Source: an archaeon RBG_16_50_20
Lineage (GTDB): Archaea > Thermoproteota > Bathyarchaeia > 40CM-2-53-6
Direction: 5' to 3'
NCBI GenBank assembly: GCA_001768965.1
Contig: MEMY01000047.1
Span: forward strand, 141-47,405
DNA length: 47,265 bases
Under the pieces are notes generated by a model that ran no database searches, was not told the origin of the DNA, and worked only from the letters and a program-made list of their open reading frames with translations. The stretch's first letter is position 1. Each line of letters opens with the position of its first letter. Below are positions 19,038 through 26,854 of this stretch, in pieces. Position numbers and translations under genes: made by a program.

Positions 19038-19505
19038 TCAACCACCAATTTTCTGAGTGAGGAGCGAATTCGAGTAGAAGACAACTAACAGTACAACGAG
19101 CGTGCCGACTATCAATAGTAGATAGGCGTTGCGGGGTCTATATGCATACCTAGTGCTGCGGAGCAACATGTACAATCCCCCAAAGCCAAGCATGTAGAGA
19201 AAACCTGCGATGAGGCTTTCATTGATAGTCTGCTGTCCCAAAGTTCCTGGAATCAAAACCTTGTATCCTCCTGGGGTAGGGAGAAGCGAGATCGGATGTT
19301 CGAGGATGTCGTAAATTCCACCCATAAGGATGAACGTCACAATGCCCAGTACGAGAATGAGCAGAACTGTCGTTGAGGGTTTCCTCCGCGAACCTGGCCC
19401 CCTGAAGATTCGGAGAGAGTATCCTAAGTTGCCGAATTTACGTTGAAGCTTCCAAGGCAATTTGCGCAGTCTTATTCGAAGTCCTTCGAGCATTCTCCAC
19501 AGCAC
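19038..19505 (-). CDS. small membrane protein resembling eukaryotic OSTC/DC2 (Ost3/6-type oligosaccharyltransferase accessory subunit)
   Basis: 155 aa with three C-terminal TM helices. By-eye alignment to human OSTC, recalled from memory:
- FILMGGIYDILEHP versus FLITGGIIYDVIVEPP
- GQQTINESLIAGFLYMLGFGGLYMLLRS versus [27 protein letters not shown]
- NAYLLLIVGTLVVLLVVF versus NRFLLLFIGFVCVLLSFF
Needs a profile search. Confidence 0.45.
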   Translation of the reverse strand: MLWRMLEGLRIRLRKLPWKLQRKFGNLGYSLRIFRGPGSRRKPSTTVLLILVLGIVTFILMGGIYDILEHPISLLPTPGGYKVLIPGTLGQQTINESLIAGFLYMLGFGGLYMLLRSTRYAYRPRNAYLLLIVGTLVVLLVVFYSNSLLTQKIGG

Positions 19506-19530
19506 TCGAAACTGGAAACAACCACGAGGC

Positions 19531-19538
19531 TAAAATAT
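19531..19538 (+). promoter_or_regulatory. candidate TATA box (TAAAATAT)
   Basis: Lies about 45 nt upstream of the ATG at 19580. Confidence 0.25.
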
Positions 19539-19579
19539 GTTGCCTTGCCTGTGACCATATCAGTCTGTGTGGTACGCGA

Positions 19580-19756
19580 ATGCCGCAGAAGATCTTCTGT
19601 ACTGATTGTGGTTCAATCCTATATCATGGCCTTGAACTGGAAACGCCGACCGAGATCATCCAACGTCACAATGGTCTTTGTCCACAATGCAAAAGGAAAC
19701 TTGATTTTGACACTGAGAAAGTGAAGATAGCGCCCTTCGAGGAACAGGTCAAATAG
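19580..19756 (+). CDS. small zinc-ribbon protein (58 aa), below the ORF-track size cutoff
   Basis: Own translation: MPQKIFCTDCGSILYHGLELETPTEIIQRHNGLCPQCKRKLDFDTEKVKIAPFEEQVK. It has an ATG start and a CxxC...CxxC pair. It is more protein-like than the overlapping 93-aa track ORF (19443..19724). Confidence 0.4.
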   Translation: MPQKIFCTDCGSILYHGLELETPTEIIQRHNGLCPQCKRKLDFDTEKVKIAPFEEQVK

Positions 19757-19815
19757 AACATTCGACGATGCATTCTCACTTTCGGTCAGTTCAGCTAGGA
19801 GTACAATGAATCGTT

Positions 19816-20940
19816 TTGTCGAAGACTGTGCAACTGCAAGAGTTTCATGACAAACACGGGCATCTAACAGATTTCTCAGGATTCACACTGCCACTTTGGT
19901 TCAGGGGTATCATCCAAGAATCGTTGGCTGTCAGAAACGCTGCGGGAATCTTTGATGTCAGTCACATGGGTCGAGCTCTAACTCAAGGGAAGGATTCCCA
20001 GAGACTACTGGATCACATAACGACCAACGACGTAGCCTCCCTCAAGAACGGACAAGGACAGTATTCTTTGATCTGCAATCACGAGGGTGGAATCAAAGAC
20101 GATGTGCTCGTCTTCCGTTTGCAGGATCAAGAGCATTTGATCGTGTACAACGCTGGGAATCGGGAGAAAGACCATGATTGGATACAAGCGAATTCCCGTG
20201 GACTTGACTTGAAGATAACGGATGTTTCCGATCAAGTCGCGATGTTTGCTGTCCAAGGGCCAGGGGCCAGACAGCTGGTCCACAGTCTGAGTAAGACCGA
20301 CCTTCTCGACATTCCGAGATTCGGATGCGCATGGACAGAGCTTGGCGGATCAAAGGTTCTGATTTCGAGAACTGGATATACCGGTGAAGATGGGTTCGAA
20401 ATTTTCGTGTGGGATTCTTCTATTGATGATCCTGCTAAGGCTCGAGCTGTATGGAATCTGATTTTGGAAGCCGGCAAGCCTCACGGACTTGAGCCATGCG
20501 GCCTTGGAGCGAGAGATCTACTGCGCCTTGAGGCAGGACTGTGTCTGTATGGCACAGACATGGACGAAACCACTAATCCCATTGAGGCAAGACTAGGGTT
20601 CGTAGTCAAACTGAACAAGGAATTCATCGGGAAACAGAAACTGCAGGCATTGAAAGAGGTAGGGACGCCTAGGACCCGTGTGGGTATGGTGACCGAACGC
20701 CGTGTCATTCCAAGGCATGGTTTCTCGATAGTACGTCAAGGCAAGGCGGTGGGCACCGTTACAAGCGGCACATTGTCCCCGCTCCTCAACACTGGTATCG
20801 CTATGGGTTATGTCGAAAAGGAAGTAGGCCAAGAAGGCGCACTGGTCGAGGTTCAGGTAAGAGACAGACTGGAAAAGGTCAAGATTGTCAAGCCGCCCTT
20901 CTACGACACAACTCGATATGGATATTCAAGGAAAACCTAG
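19816..20940 (+). CDS. gcvT: glycine cleavage system T protein (aminomethyltransferase)
   Basis: The N-terminus (LQEFHDKHGHLTDFSGFTLPLWF ... AAGIFDVSHMG), GYTGEDGFEI, and the C-terminal barrel are typical of GcvT. The only N-terminal start is TTG 19816. Confidence 0.9.
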   Translation: MSKTVQLQEFHDKHGHLTDFSGFTLPLWFRGIIQESLAVRNAAGIFDVSHMGRALTQGKDSQRLLDHITTNDVASLKNGQGQYSLICNHEGGIKDDVLVFRLQDQEHLIVYNAGNREKDHDWIQANSRGLDLKITDVSDQVAMFAVQGPGARQLVHSLSKTDLLDIPRFGCAWTELGGSKVLISRTGYTGEDGFEIFVWDSSIDDPAKARAVWNLILEAGKPHGLEPCGLGARDLLRLEAGLCLYGTDMDETTNPIEARLGFVVKLNKEFIGKQKLQALKEVGTPRTRVGMVTERRVIPRHGFSIVRQGKAVGTVTSGTLSPLLNTGIAMGYVEKEVGQEGALVEVQVRDRLEKVKIVKPPFYDTTRYGYSRKT

Positions 20941-21290
20941 TCCCCACGAGACCTCATTCGACCGAATCGACCCTTGAGCTTCGACAGCAGGCTACGCTCC
21001 CGTTGATCATCCAACTCTTGGATATCAGGTTCTGGATGCTCACCTTGAGGAGTTTCGCCAACCATGGCCGAGGTTGGTTGAAGGACGTTGACGATCGGCC
21101 CCCATCGTATGTCTGTTAGTTTTGGAATCGGATTACCACATTCCAGACACTGACTGAGATCGTCAGGGTTCACTGTTCCACATTCTGAGCAATACACCGC
21201 CTTCAGGATCGAACCACAGTGAATACAGTATCGCGCATCTTCCTTGATGCCTTTCTTGCATGATGGACACGCGGTCAACGAACCGGCCAT
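20937..21290 (-). CDS. double zinc-ribbon (DZR) protein
   Basis: CPSCKKG..CIHCG..CSECG..CLECG, followed by a low-complexity acidic/basic tail. Confidence 0.5.
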   Translation of the reverse strand: MAGSLTACPSCKKGIKEDARYCIHCGSILKAVYCSECGTVNPDDLSQCLECGNPIPKLTDIRWGPIVNVLQPTSAMVGETPQGEHPEPDIQELDDQRERSLLSKLKGRFGRMRSRGD

Positions 21291-21407
21291 GACTATCCCA
21301 GAGTCTTAGATGATCCCCAGCTATCACACGATCATGAAAGTAAATCGCAGGTTTCGTAAAGCTGTTATGAGAACGCGCTGATTCACCTTCAATACGCTCA
21401 TCAAGCC

Positions 21408-21415
21408 TTTTATAA
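21408..21415 (+). promoter_or_regulatory. candidate TATA box (TTTTATAA) for aglB
   Basis: Lies about 40 nt upstream of the ATG at 21452, in the divergent intergenic region. Confidence 0.35.
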
Positions 21416-21451
21416 CAGGCGCGAAGTCTAATCTGAAAAATCCGTTGGTGC

Positions 21452-24229
21452 ATGAAATTGTCGGCAACTCGGCGAGCTCTCAGGAAGCTCAGAGACTTCC
21501 TAGGTAAATACGTTAATCGCGAAGTCCTCGCCGAGCGTGTCCAAGGCAGTCGTAAAGCGCTGTCCGAAATCTCACGCGGAACAGCCCTTGAAGCATTCGC
21601 CCTAGGATTGGTCGTTGTCATCGCTCTTGCCGTCCGCTTGATGCCGATTCGCTGGGGATTCTACCTCAACGAATTCGACCCCTACTTACAATGGCGCATG
21701 GCGCAGTACGTAGTCGATCACGGCTTCCTTGCCTGGTTCAGGTGGCATGACACGATGAGCTGGTATCCGTACGGCGCTGACATGCCTACATGGAATCTCT
21801 ACGGCGAGGCCTTCGTCGTAGCTGCCATTACAATGTTCCTCCGAGGTGTCGGCGCGAATGTGGCCACGTTCGACGTTGCAGTTGTCTTTCCGGTGGTCGC
21901 GGGAACACTAACGGTTCTGGCGGCTTACTTTCTCGGAAAGGACATCTGGGGGAAGGGCGTTGGTATGTTCACAGCCCTATTTCTAGCTCTCAACGCCAGC
22001 AGTATAGGCAGAACCCAGCTTGGTTTTCTCAGACATGAGCCACTCGGTATCCTCCTCATGATTCTCATTTTTCTGTTCTTCAGACGTGCGATGTCGGAGA
22101 ATTCTTCGACCCGTAGGACGATAATGTACGCAACCCTGGCCGGGCTATCTCTCTACTACCTTGCTGCTTCGTGGGCAGCCGCTTACTTCCCACTTGACCT
22201 GTTAGTACTCTATGTGATCGTCTTGGGAATTATGGGACGTTCATCGAAGAAGCTCTTCCTAACCTACTCCATCTGCATGGGTATCTTTCTCCTCTTCACA
22301 CCGTTCCTTGTGCCCAAGCTCGGGTTAGGTTCGCTGACGAATCTGAGTTGGCTGGCCGTTATTGCTGGAGAGGTCGTTCTCCTCGTCCGGCAAACCTCAA
22401 CATATCTCGAGACTCGAAGAATGCAGCTACTGACTCTTGCCGGGGCCTCGATCGCCACAGTAGCCGTAGTTTTCGTGCTCTCATACTTCAACATCATTTC
22501 AAACCCCAGTGGAAAATTCTATGCCGTACTCAACCCACTCGTGAGAGGAGATATTCCAATAATTCAGAGCGTTGCCGAGCATCAACCGGCAACGTGGGGC
22601 TCTTTCTTCTACGAGTTTGGCACGATACTCTTTCTCACGCTCTTCGGATTTTTCTTCATTTTGCAGAGAGGTAGGAATGACGACATCTTTCTAGTTCTCT
22701 GGGGGGTTACCTCCGTGTATTTTGCCGCCTCGTTCGTCCGTCTGACGCTCATTCTGGCACCCGCCTTCTTGATTTTGGCGGGAATAGGTGCTGTGGAACT
22801 AGGGAAACCCGCTGTTGACATAATAAGAGAAGCCGTCATCTATCCGAAGCGTAAGACGCGGGTCATAGCAAGGATCGGGAGGGAATTTGGTGTGGCTATC
22901 TTCCTCATCTTACTCATCTTGGTAGTTCCATCGTTTTGGAGGGCGGTTCAGGCCTCTTATCAACCTGCAACCATCGTAACCTCCAGCATTCCAACTATCC
23001 CATCAGGAGGGAACGAGTTGCGTTATGCTGACTGGCTTGAGGCGTTGTCATGGATGCGTGAGAACACGCCTAAGGGATCAGTGGTCTTCGCTTGGTGGGA
23101 CTACGGTTACTGGATTACTGCACTTGGTGATCGTAGAAGTCTTGCGGACAATGGTACCCAAAACGCTACTCAAATTGGCATGATCGCGCAGGCCTTTCTT
23201 TCGAATCAGACATTCGCTATGCCAACACTGCAACGTTACAATGTCTCCTACGTTGCCATATTCATCACGCCATCAGGAGGAGGGCAGGGGCAGCAAGCCA
23301 CTTTCCAAGGTTTCGGTGAGGACGGAAAATGGTACTGGATGGCCCGGATTGGAAACAACACAATGTGGAACAACTACAAAGTCGTCTTCTTGGAAAAACA
23401 GGACCCGCAAGCCCAATCGTCAACTTACTATCGGGTCATCTACAATGGCACGCAAGTTGTGGGCAACGAGACCATCGCGGACAACAATAAACTCAATGAC
23501 AAAACGATGTTAGGCTACATGATGGACAGAGCAACGCTCCAGACTCAGGTCCAACAAATTCCGTACTTCACTCAATCGTTCTCTTCAACGAACCGTTACG
23601 TCTTTCTCTTCAATGTGAACTACGTGACTGAAACCGAGATCAAACTCCGACCGATACGAAGCCCGATAGACTACGGCCAGAACGTCTCGATCGCGGGCAA
23701 TCTCACAGACAAGAATGGCAGACCATTGGGGACCGTGATGGGGGTTGATGTGGAATACTCCCCGAATGGTCAGACATGGAATAAAGTAGACACAATCCCA
23801 GCTGCGGAGAAAGATGGAAGCTTCAATTTCACTTGGACTCCAAATGGCGGCAAGTACCTGGTGCGCGCAAACTACCTTGGAACCGAAGGCATATTCGTTC
23901 AATCCACAAGCGACCCTCAACAGCTAGAGGTCAGGAGGCTGAACATTACAATGACCGTCAGAGCCTCAACTACGACCGCGACCCTTGGACAAAACGTCAC
24001 ATTCTACTGGAACATGGAGCCGTTAGTCAAAGGTGCGAATGTTACACTCTTCTACACGCTCGACAATAGGACCTACCAGAAAATCAAGAGCTTCATAATG
24101 ACATCTCCTTCGATGAATTATACATGGAAGGTTACCGTTTCAGGCACGTTCAGGGTTTTGATTGCCTTCGCTGGAAACGAAAACTACTACGAAGCTCTGA
24201 GTGCCCCTGTAATGATGAAGGTAGCTTAA
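21452..24229 (+). CDS. aglB: dolichyl-phosphooligosaccharide-protein glycotransferase AglB, STT3-type, with two C-terminal Ig-like modules
   Basis: Multi-TM N-terminal half with NEFDPY (first DxD-type motif) and SVAEHQPATW. WWDYGYWI starts at nt 23093 and is followed by DNGTQNATQI. Length 925 aa. Confidence 0.9.
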   Translation: MKLSATRRALRKLRDFLGKYVNREVLAERVQGSRKALSEISRGTALEAFALGLVVVIALAVRLMPIRWGFYLNEFDPYLQWRMAQYVVDHGFLAWFRWHDTMSWYPYGADMPTWNLYGEAFVVAAITMFLRGVGANVATFDVAVVFPVVAGTLTVLAAYFLGKDIWGKGVGMFTALFLALNASSIGRTQLGFLRHEPLGILLMILIFLFFRRAMSENSSTRRTIMYATLAGLSLYYLAASWAAAYFPLDLLVLYVIVLGIMGRSSKKLFLTYSICMGIFLLFTPFLVPKLGLGSLTNLSWLAVIAGEVVLLVRQTSTYLETRRMQLLTLAGASIATVAVVFVLSYFNIISNPSGKFYAVLNPLVRGDIPIIQSVAEHQPATWGSFFYEFGTILFLTLFGFFFILQRGRNDDIFLVLWGVTSVYFAASFVRLTLILAPAFLILAGIGAVELGKPAVDIIREAVIYPKRKTRVIARIGREFGVAIFLILLILVVPSFWRAVQASYQPATIVTSSIPTIPSGGNELRYADWLEALSWMRENTPKGSVVFAWWDYGYWITALGDRRSLADNGTQNATQIGMIAQAFLSNQTFAMPTLQRYNVSYVAIFITPSGGGQGQQATFQGFGEDGKWYWMARIGNNTMWNNYKVVFLEKQDPQAQSSTYYRVIYNGTQVVGNETIADNNKLNDKTMLGYMMDRATLQTQVQQIPYFTQSFSSTNRYVFLFNVNYVTETEIKLRPIRSPIDYGQNVSIAGNLTDKNGRPLGTVMGVDVEYSPNGQTWNKVDTIPAAEKDGSFNFTWTPNGGKYLVRANYLGTEGIFVQSTSDPQQLEVRRLNITMTVRASTTTATLGQNVTFYWNMEPLVKGANVTLFYTLDNRTYQKIKSFIMTSPSMNYTWKVTVSGTFRVLIAFAGNENYYEALSAPVMMKVA

Positions 24230-24240
24230 CCGACAGTTTT

Positions 24241-24402
24241 CTATTCCGCTTCATGACGTTCAGGCTGTCTGAAACGTGCATACTTGTCGTGTGGGGAGAA
24301 TTTCGGAGGATGCGGAGAGCTCGTCTCCCCTCCACATTTCGGACATTTGAACTTGAGTGTGTACAGCCTACAGGTTGGGCATTTCCTTAGCAGCCACTTC
24401 AA
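24241..24402 (-). CDS. nop10: H/ACA RNP protein Nop10 (53 aa), not in the ORF track
   Basis: Own translation: (M)KWLLRKCPTCRLYTLKFKCPKCGGETSSPHPPKFSPHDKYARFRQPERHEAE. It shows the canonical Nop10 zinc ribbon plus the HPxKFSPxDKY motif. The TTG start overlaps the aIF2alpha stop (TTGA). Its position downstream of aIF2alpha is the conserved archaeal arrangement. Confidence 0.8.
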   Translation of the reverse strand: MKWLLRKCPTCRLYTLKFKCPKCGGETSSPHPPKFSPHDKYARFRQPERHEAE

Positions 24403-25181
24403 CCTAGTTTACGTCCCTCGCCGCCTAGCCCCTTAATTGCGTTCAAGACTTCCTCAATTGCGAGGTTCAAAGTCGTCTGGGCGTCAGTTATCTCCTTACT
24501 CCTAACTTCAAGTCGGTACCGAGGCGACCCGATTGTGTAGATCTTGATCGTCGTTCCCCTAGACTTCTTCACCTTCTTTGCACCATGCAATGCTTGTTTG
24601 ATTGCCTCCACACCCGCAGTCTTGGTGCAAGAAAGTTCAACTGTACCAGTGACTTTCGCCTTCTCCAGTCTGATCTTGCCTCGGGCGACTTCGGTGAGAA
24701 CTTTAGCCCAATCCTCGGTAATTCCGAGCTTGGTGAATGTTTCCTCACCTTCGTCTATCGCTTCCTCGAAGGCATCGTAAGGGTTGTCGAATTTCTCATA
24801 GAGTATGCTCCTGATTTTTGTCAGGTCCTCTTCTCCAATCTTGAGCCGTTCAGCGGCGCCTTTGACAATTGAGTCGGCCTTCTTGACCTTCTTCCATTCA
24901 AGCATCTTCTCCGATTTCTCGCGGCCTGTAACCCTACGAAGTGAGAGGTCAACCTGGGCGCGCTGTGAACTTACTCTTAACACCTTTAGAACTAGCTTCT
25001 GGCCTTCTCTAACATGTACACGGATATTCTTCACATAGGTGCTCGCGATCTCTGAGATGTGAATTAGGCCTTCGACGCCGTCATACTCATCAAGCTTGAC
25101 ATATGCGCCGTAATCGACAACACGCGTAACACTCGCTACTACTAGGTCGCCAACCTCTGGATATTCTGGTGTAATCGTCAA
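24399..25181 (-). CDS. eif2a: translation initiation factor aIF-2 alpha subunit
   Basis: N-terminal S1 domain (PEVGDLVVASVTRVVDYGAYVKLDEYDGVEGLIHISEIAS) and a typical 260-aa length. Confidence 0.9.
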   Translation of the reverse strand: MTITPEYPEVGDLVVASVTRVVDYGAYVKLDEYDGVEGLIHISEIASTYVKNIRVHVREGQKLVLKVLRVSSQRAQVDLSLRRVTGREKSEKMLEWKKVKKADSIVKGAAERLKIGEEDLTKIRSILYEKFDNPYDAFEEAIDEGEETFTKLGITEDWAKVLTEVARGKIRLEKAKVTGTVELSCTKTAGVEAIKQALHGAKKVKKSRGTTIKIYTIGSPRYRLEVRSKEITDAQTTLNLAIEEVLNAIKGLGGEGRKLG

Positions 25182-25192
25182 CCTAGCATGCC

Positions 25193-25444
25193 TTATCCAA
25201 GCATCTGGACGACTTCTGCTTTGAGTCTCGCTTTACCACCAGTGGGTTCGGCAAGCACTTCATTACAGACAGAGCAATGCGGTGCCAGGGATGGCCTATC
25301 GAATATGACTTGCTCATTTCCGCACTTGGCGCATTTGACACGCACAAAGTTGCTTTCGGGTTTCGGAATCAATTCCCCTTTAACCACGTTCACTTGACCT
25401 CTGAAATTCAGTGAGGACCGAACTCCAATACGAATAATCCACAT
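25193..25444 (-). CDS. rps27e: 30S ribosomal protein S27e
   Basis: Zinc ribbon VKCAKCGNEQVIFDRPSLAPHCSVCNEVLAEPTGGKA. A GTG at 25393 would give the usual length of about 66 aa, so the true start may be there. Confidence 0.85.
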   Translation of the reverse strand: MWIIRIGVRSSLNFRGQVNVVKGELIPKPESNFVRVKCAKCGNEQVIFDRPSLAPHCSVCNEVLAEPTGGKARLKAEVVQMLG

Positions 25445-25482
25445 AAGTGTTATGGCCTCATGATGGCTAACGGCTCAAATCA

Positions 25483-26217
25483 GTGTTAAAATTGCCCGAG
25501 AAGACCGTAACGTTCAGAATCGACGTGGATACTCCCACTGGTTCTCTCTTGCTTAGCAGACTTCATTTGAAATGGGGTTACCTGCGTTACCTGAGAACTC
25601 TCCTGGGGTTGATGCGCGAGTTCGGGATCAGAGCAACTTTCATGTTTATTCCCGACAGGACAACACCGTCCGCTGAAATCCTTGGGGAAGTTCTCGACAC
25701 AGGGTCGGAGGTTGCTTTGCACGCGGACGAGGTTCTTCCTACGAAGCTCGCGGAACAGAAGGTTGAGATGGAGAAAACAATCGGTAGGCCTGTTTCTGGA
25801 ATGTCATATCACGGCAGGGATCTGATAGATTTCGTGGTACACAAGATCACCCGCAAGAGTAGGTATGTTGCATACCATAACCCATTTTCTGCGATGCGTG
25901 CAGGATTCCGCTATGATGCGACAGGTTATCTGACAGATGAGCCCGACTTCCTTCGTCTATCGGGAAAGCGAATACTGCTCTTCCACAATTACAGAGATAT
26001 CACACTCGGCCCTCCAATATCCAACCTTGGGGATACGTTGCTTCAGCAGTCAATGAACATCTACATGATCCATCCCAACTACTTGGACAAATATGGTTTC
26101 AGGAGACAGAGACGCGATGACATCAGAGCGATCTTCGAGCATGTTTCGAAAAGTGAGGTGGAGATCAAGACATATGTTGAGATCTGTGAAGAGTTCGAAC
26201 GGATGGCAAGATCCTGA
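25483..26217 (+). CDS. hypothetical protein, weakly polysaccharide-deacetylase/carbohydrate-esterase-like
   Basis: The pattern VTFRIDVDT ... GIRATFMFIP ... GSEVALHADE ... SYHG is reminiscent of the deacetylase beta/alpha-barrel family. This is a weak by-eye call. Confidence 0.3.
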   Translation: MLKLPEKTVTFRIDVDTPTGSLLLSRLHLKWGYLRYLRTLLGLMREFGIRATFMFIPDRTTPSAEILGEVLDTGSEVALHADEVLPTKLAEQKVEMEKTIGRPVSGMSYHGRDLIDFVVHKITRKSRYVAYHNPFSAMRAGFRYDATGYLTDEPDFLRLSGKRILLFHNYRDITLGPPISNLGDTLLQQSMNIYMIHPNYLDKYGFRRQRRDDIRAIFEHVSKSEVEIKTYVEICEEFERMARS

Positions 26218-26854
26218 AGGTTACGAAGCGCTCTCATGGAAGTTGGGCACCCCCCGCGGGGAGCATGTTAGGCAGAGGCGTCTCAGAGCCGTCCTTGGAC
26301 TCCTAAAGAGGAACGAGTCACTGTTGGATGTGGGAGCTGGTCCTGCGACATTGAGCAAGGATTTTCCATGTCGGGTAATTGCATGCGACCTCAGTGCTCC
26401 CATGTTGAAGAGGGCAAAACAAAGGGCCGACGATGTCATAAGATGCGATGCCCAACATCTCCCGATTCGGGATGCCAGCGTCGATGTTAGTTTTGAGTCC
26501 AGCTGCCTCTACCTGGTGAGTGAGAAAGAGACAATGATGAAGGAGATGCAGCGGGTCGCAAGAAGCCGCGTCATCATCTTCGAGTCAAACAGGCTAAGTC
26601 TAAGGCGGCTGTACGAGAAATACTTCAAGGGTGTGAAAATAAGCCCTGAACATCCGTCGCCGAATGAAGTAAAGAAATACATGCTCCACATTGGATTGTC
26701 ACCAAGAATGCGGATGGTCGGATTCTCTCCTATTATGGGGGGGTCATTGGCCCTGAAGATCTGGAAACCAATTGAATGGCTTGTAGAGTCATGCCCGGGT
26801 CTAAAGATGTTTGCAGGAGGTATACTGGCCTACGCCAATCTTGAGAAACATTAG
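26174..26854 (+). CDS. class I SAM-dependent methyltransferase (Methyltransf_11-like)
   Basis: Motif I LLDVGAGPATL, post-I VIACDLS, and DAQHLPIRDASVDVSFES. An ATG at 26174 (or GTG at 26186) is more plausible than the track start at 26093. Confidence 0.7.
   Translation: MLRSVKSSNGWQDPEGYEALSWKLGTPRGEHVRQRRLRAVLGLLKRNESLLDVGAGPATLSKDFPCRVIACDLSAPMLKRAKQRADDVIRCDAQHLPIRDASVDVSFESSCLYLVSEKETMMKEMQRVARSRVIIFESNRLSLRRLYEKYFKGVKISPEHPSPNEVKKYMLHIGLSPRMRMVGFSPIMGGSLALKIWKPIEWLVESCPGLKMFAGGILAYANLEKH

Noticed and set aside
19443-19724. 93-aa track ORF between the OSTC-like gene and gcvT.
   Set aside because: It overlaps the 5-prime end of the divergent OSTC-like gene and has an implausible composition. 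The 58-aa zinc-ribbon ORF in another frame explains the region better.
16560-20940. gcvH and gcvT separated by about 2.8 kb of unrelated genes (hypothetical protein, radB, carS, OSTC-like gene), considered as a possible disrupted gcv operon.
   Set aside because: Split gcv genes are common and gcvP is absent from the window anyway. There is no evidence of an insertion event.
24207-24283. C/D-box-sRNA-like arrangement at the aglB 3-prime end (ATGATGA ... ATGACG ... CTGA).
   Set aside because: The D-prime position reads CGAC rather than CTGA and the C-prime box is degenerate. There is no terminal stem and the spacing is too long. The ATGATGA encodes the last residues of AglB, and the rest overlaps nop10 on the other strand.
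24290-24345. Inverted repeat GGGGAGA...TCTCCCC with a loop of about 24 nt.
   Set aside because: It lies inside the nop10 coding sequence (CGGETSSPHPPKFSPH region). It is most simply explained by codon content, and it is not followed by a T-run.
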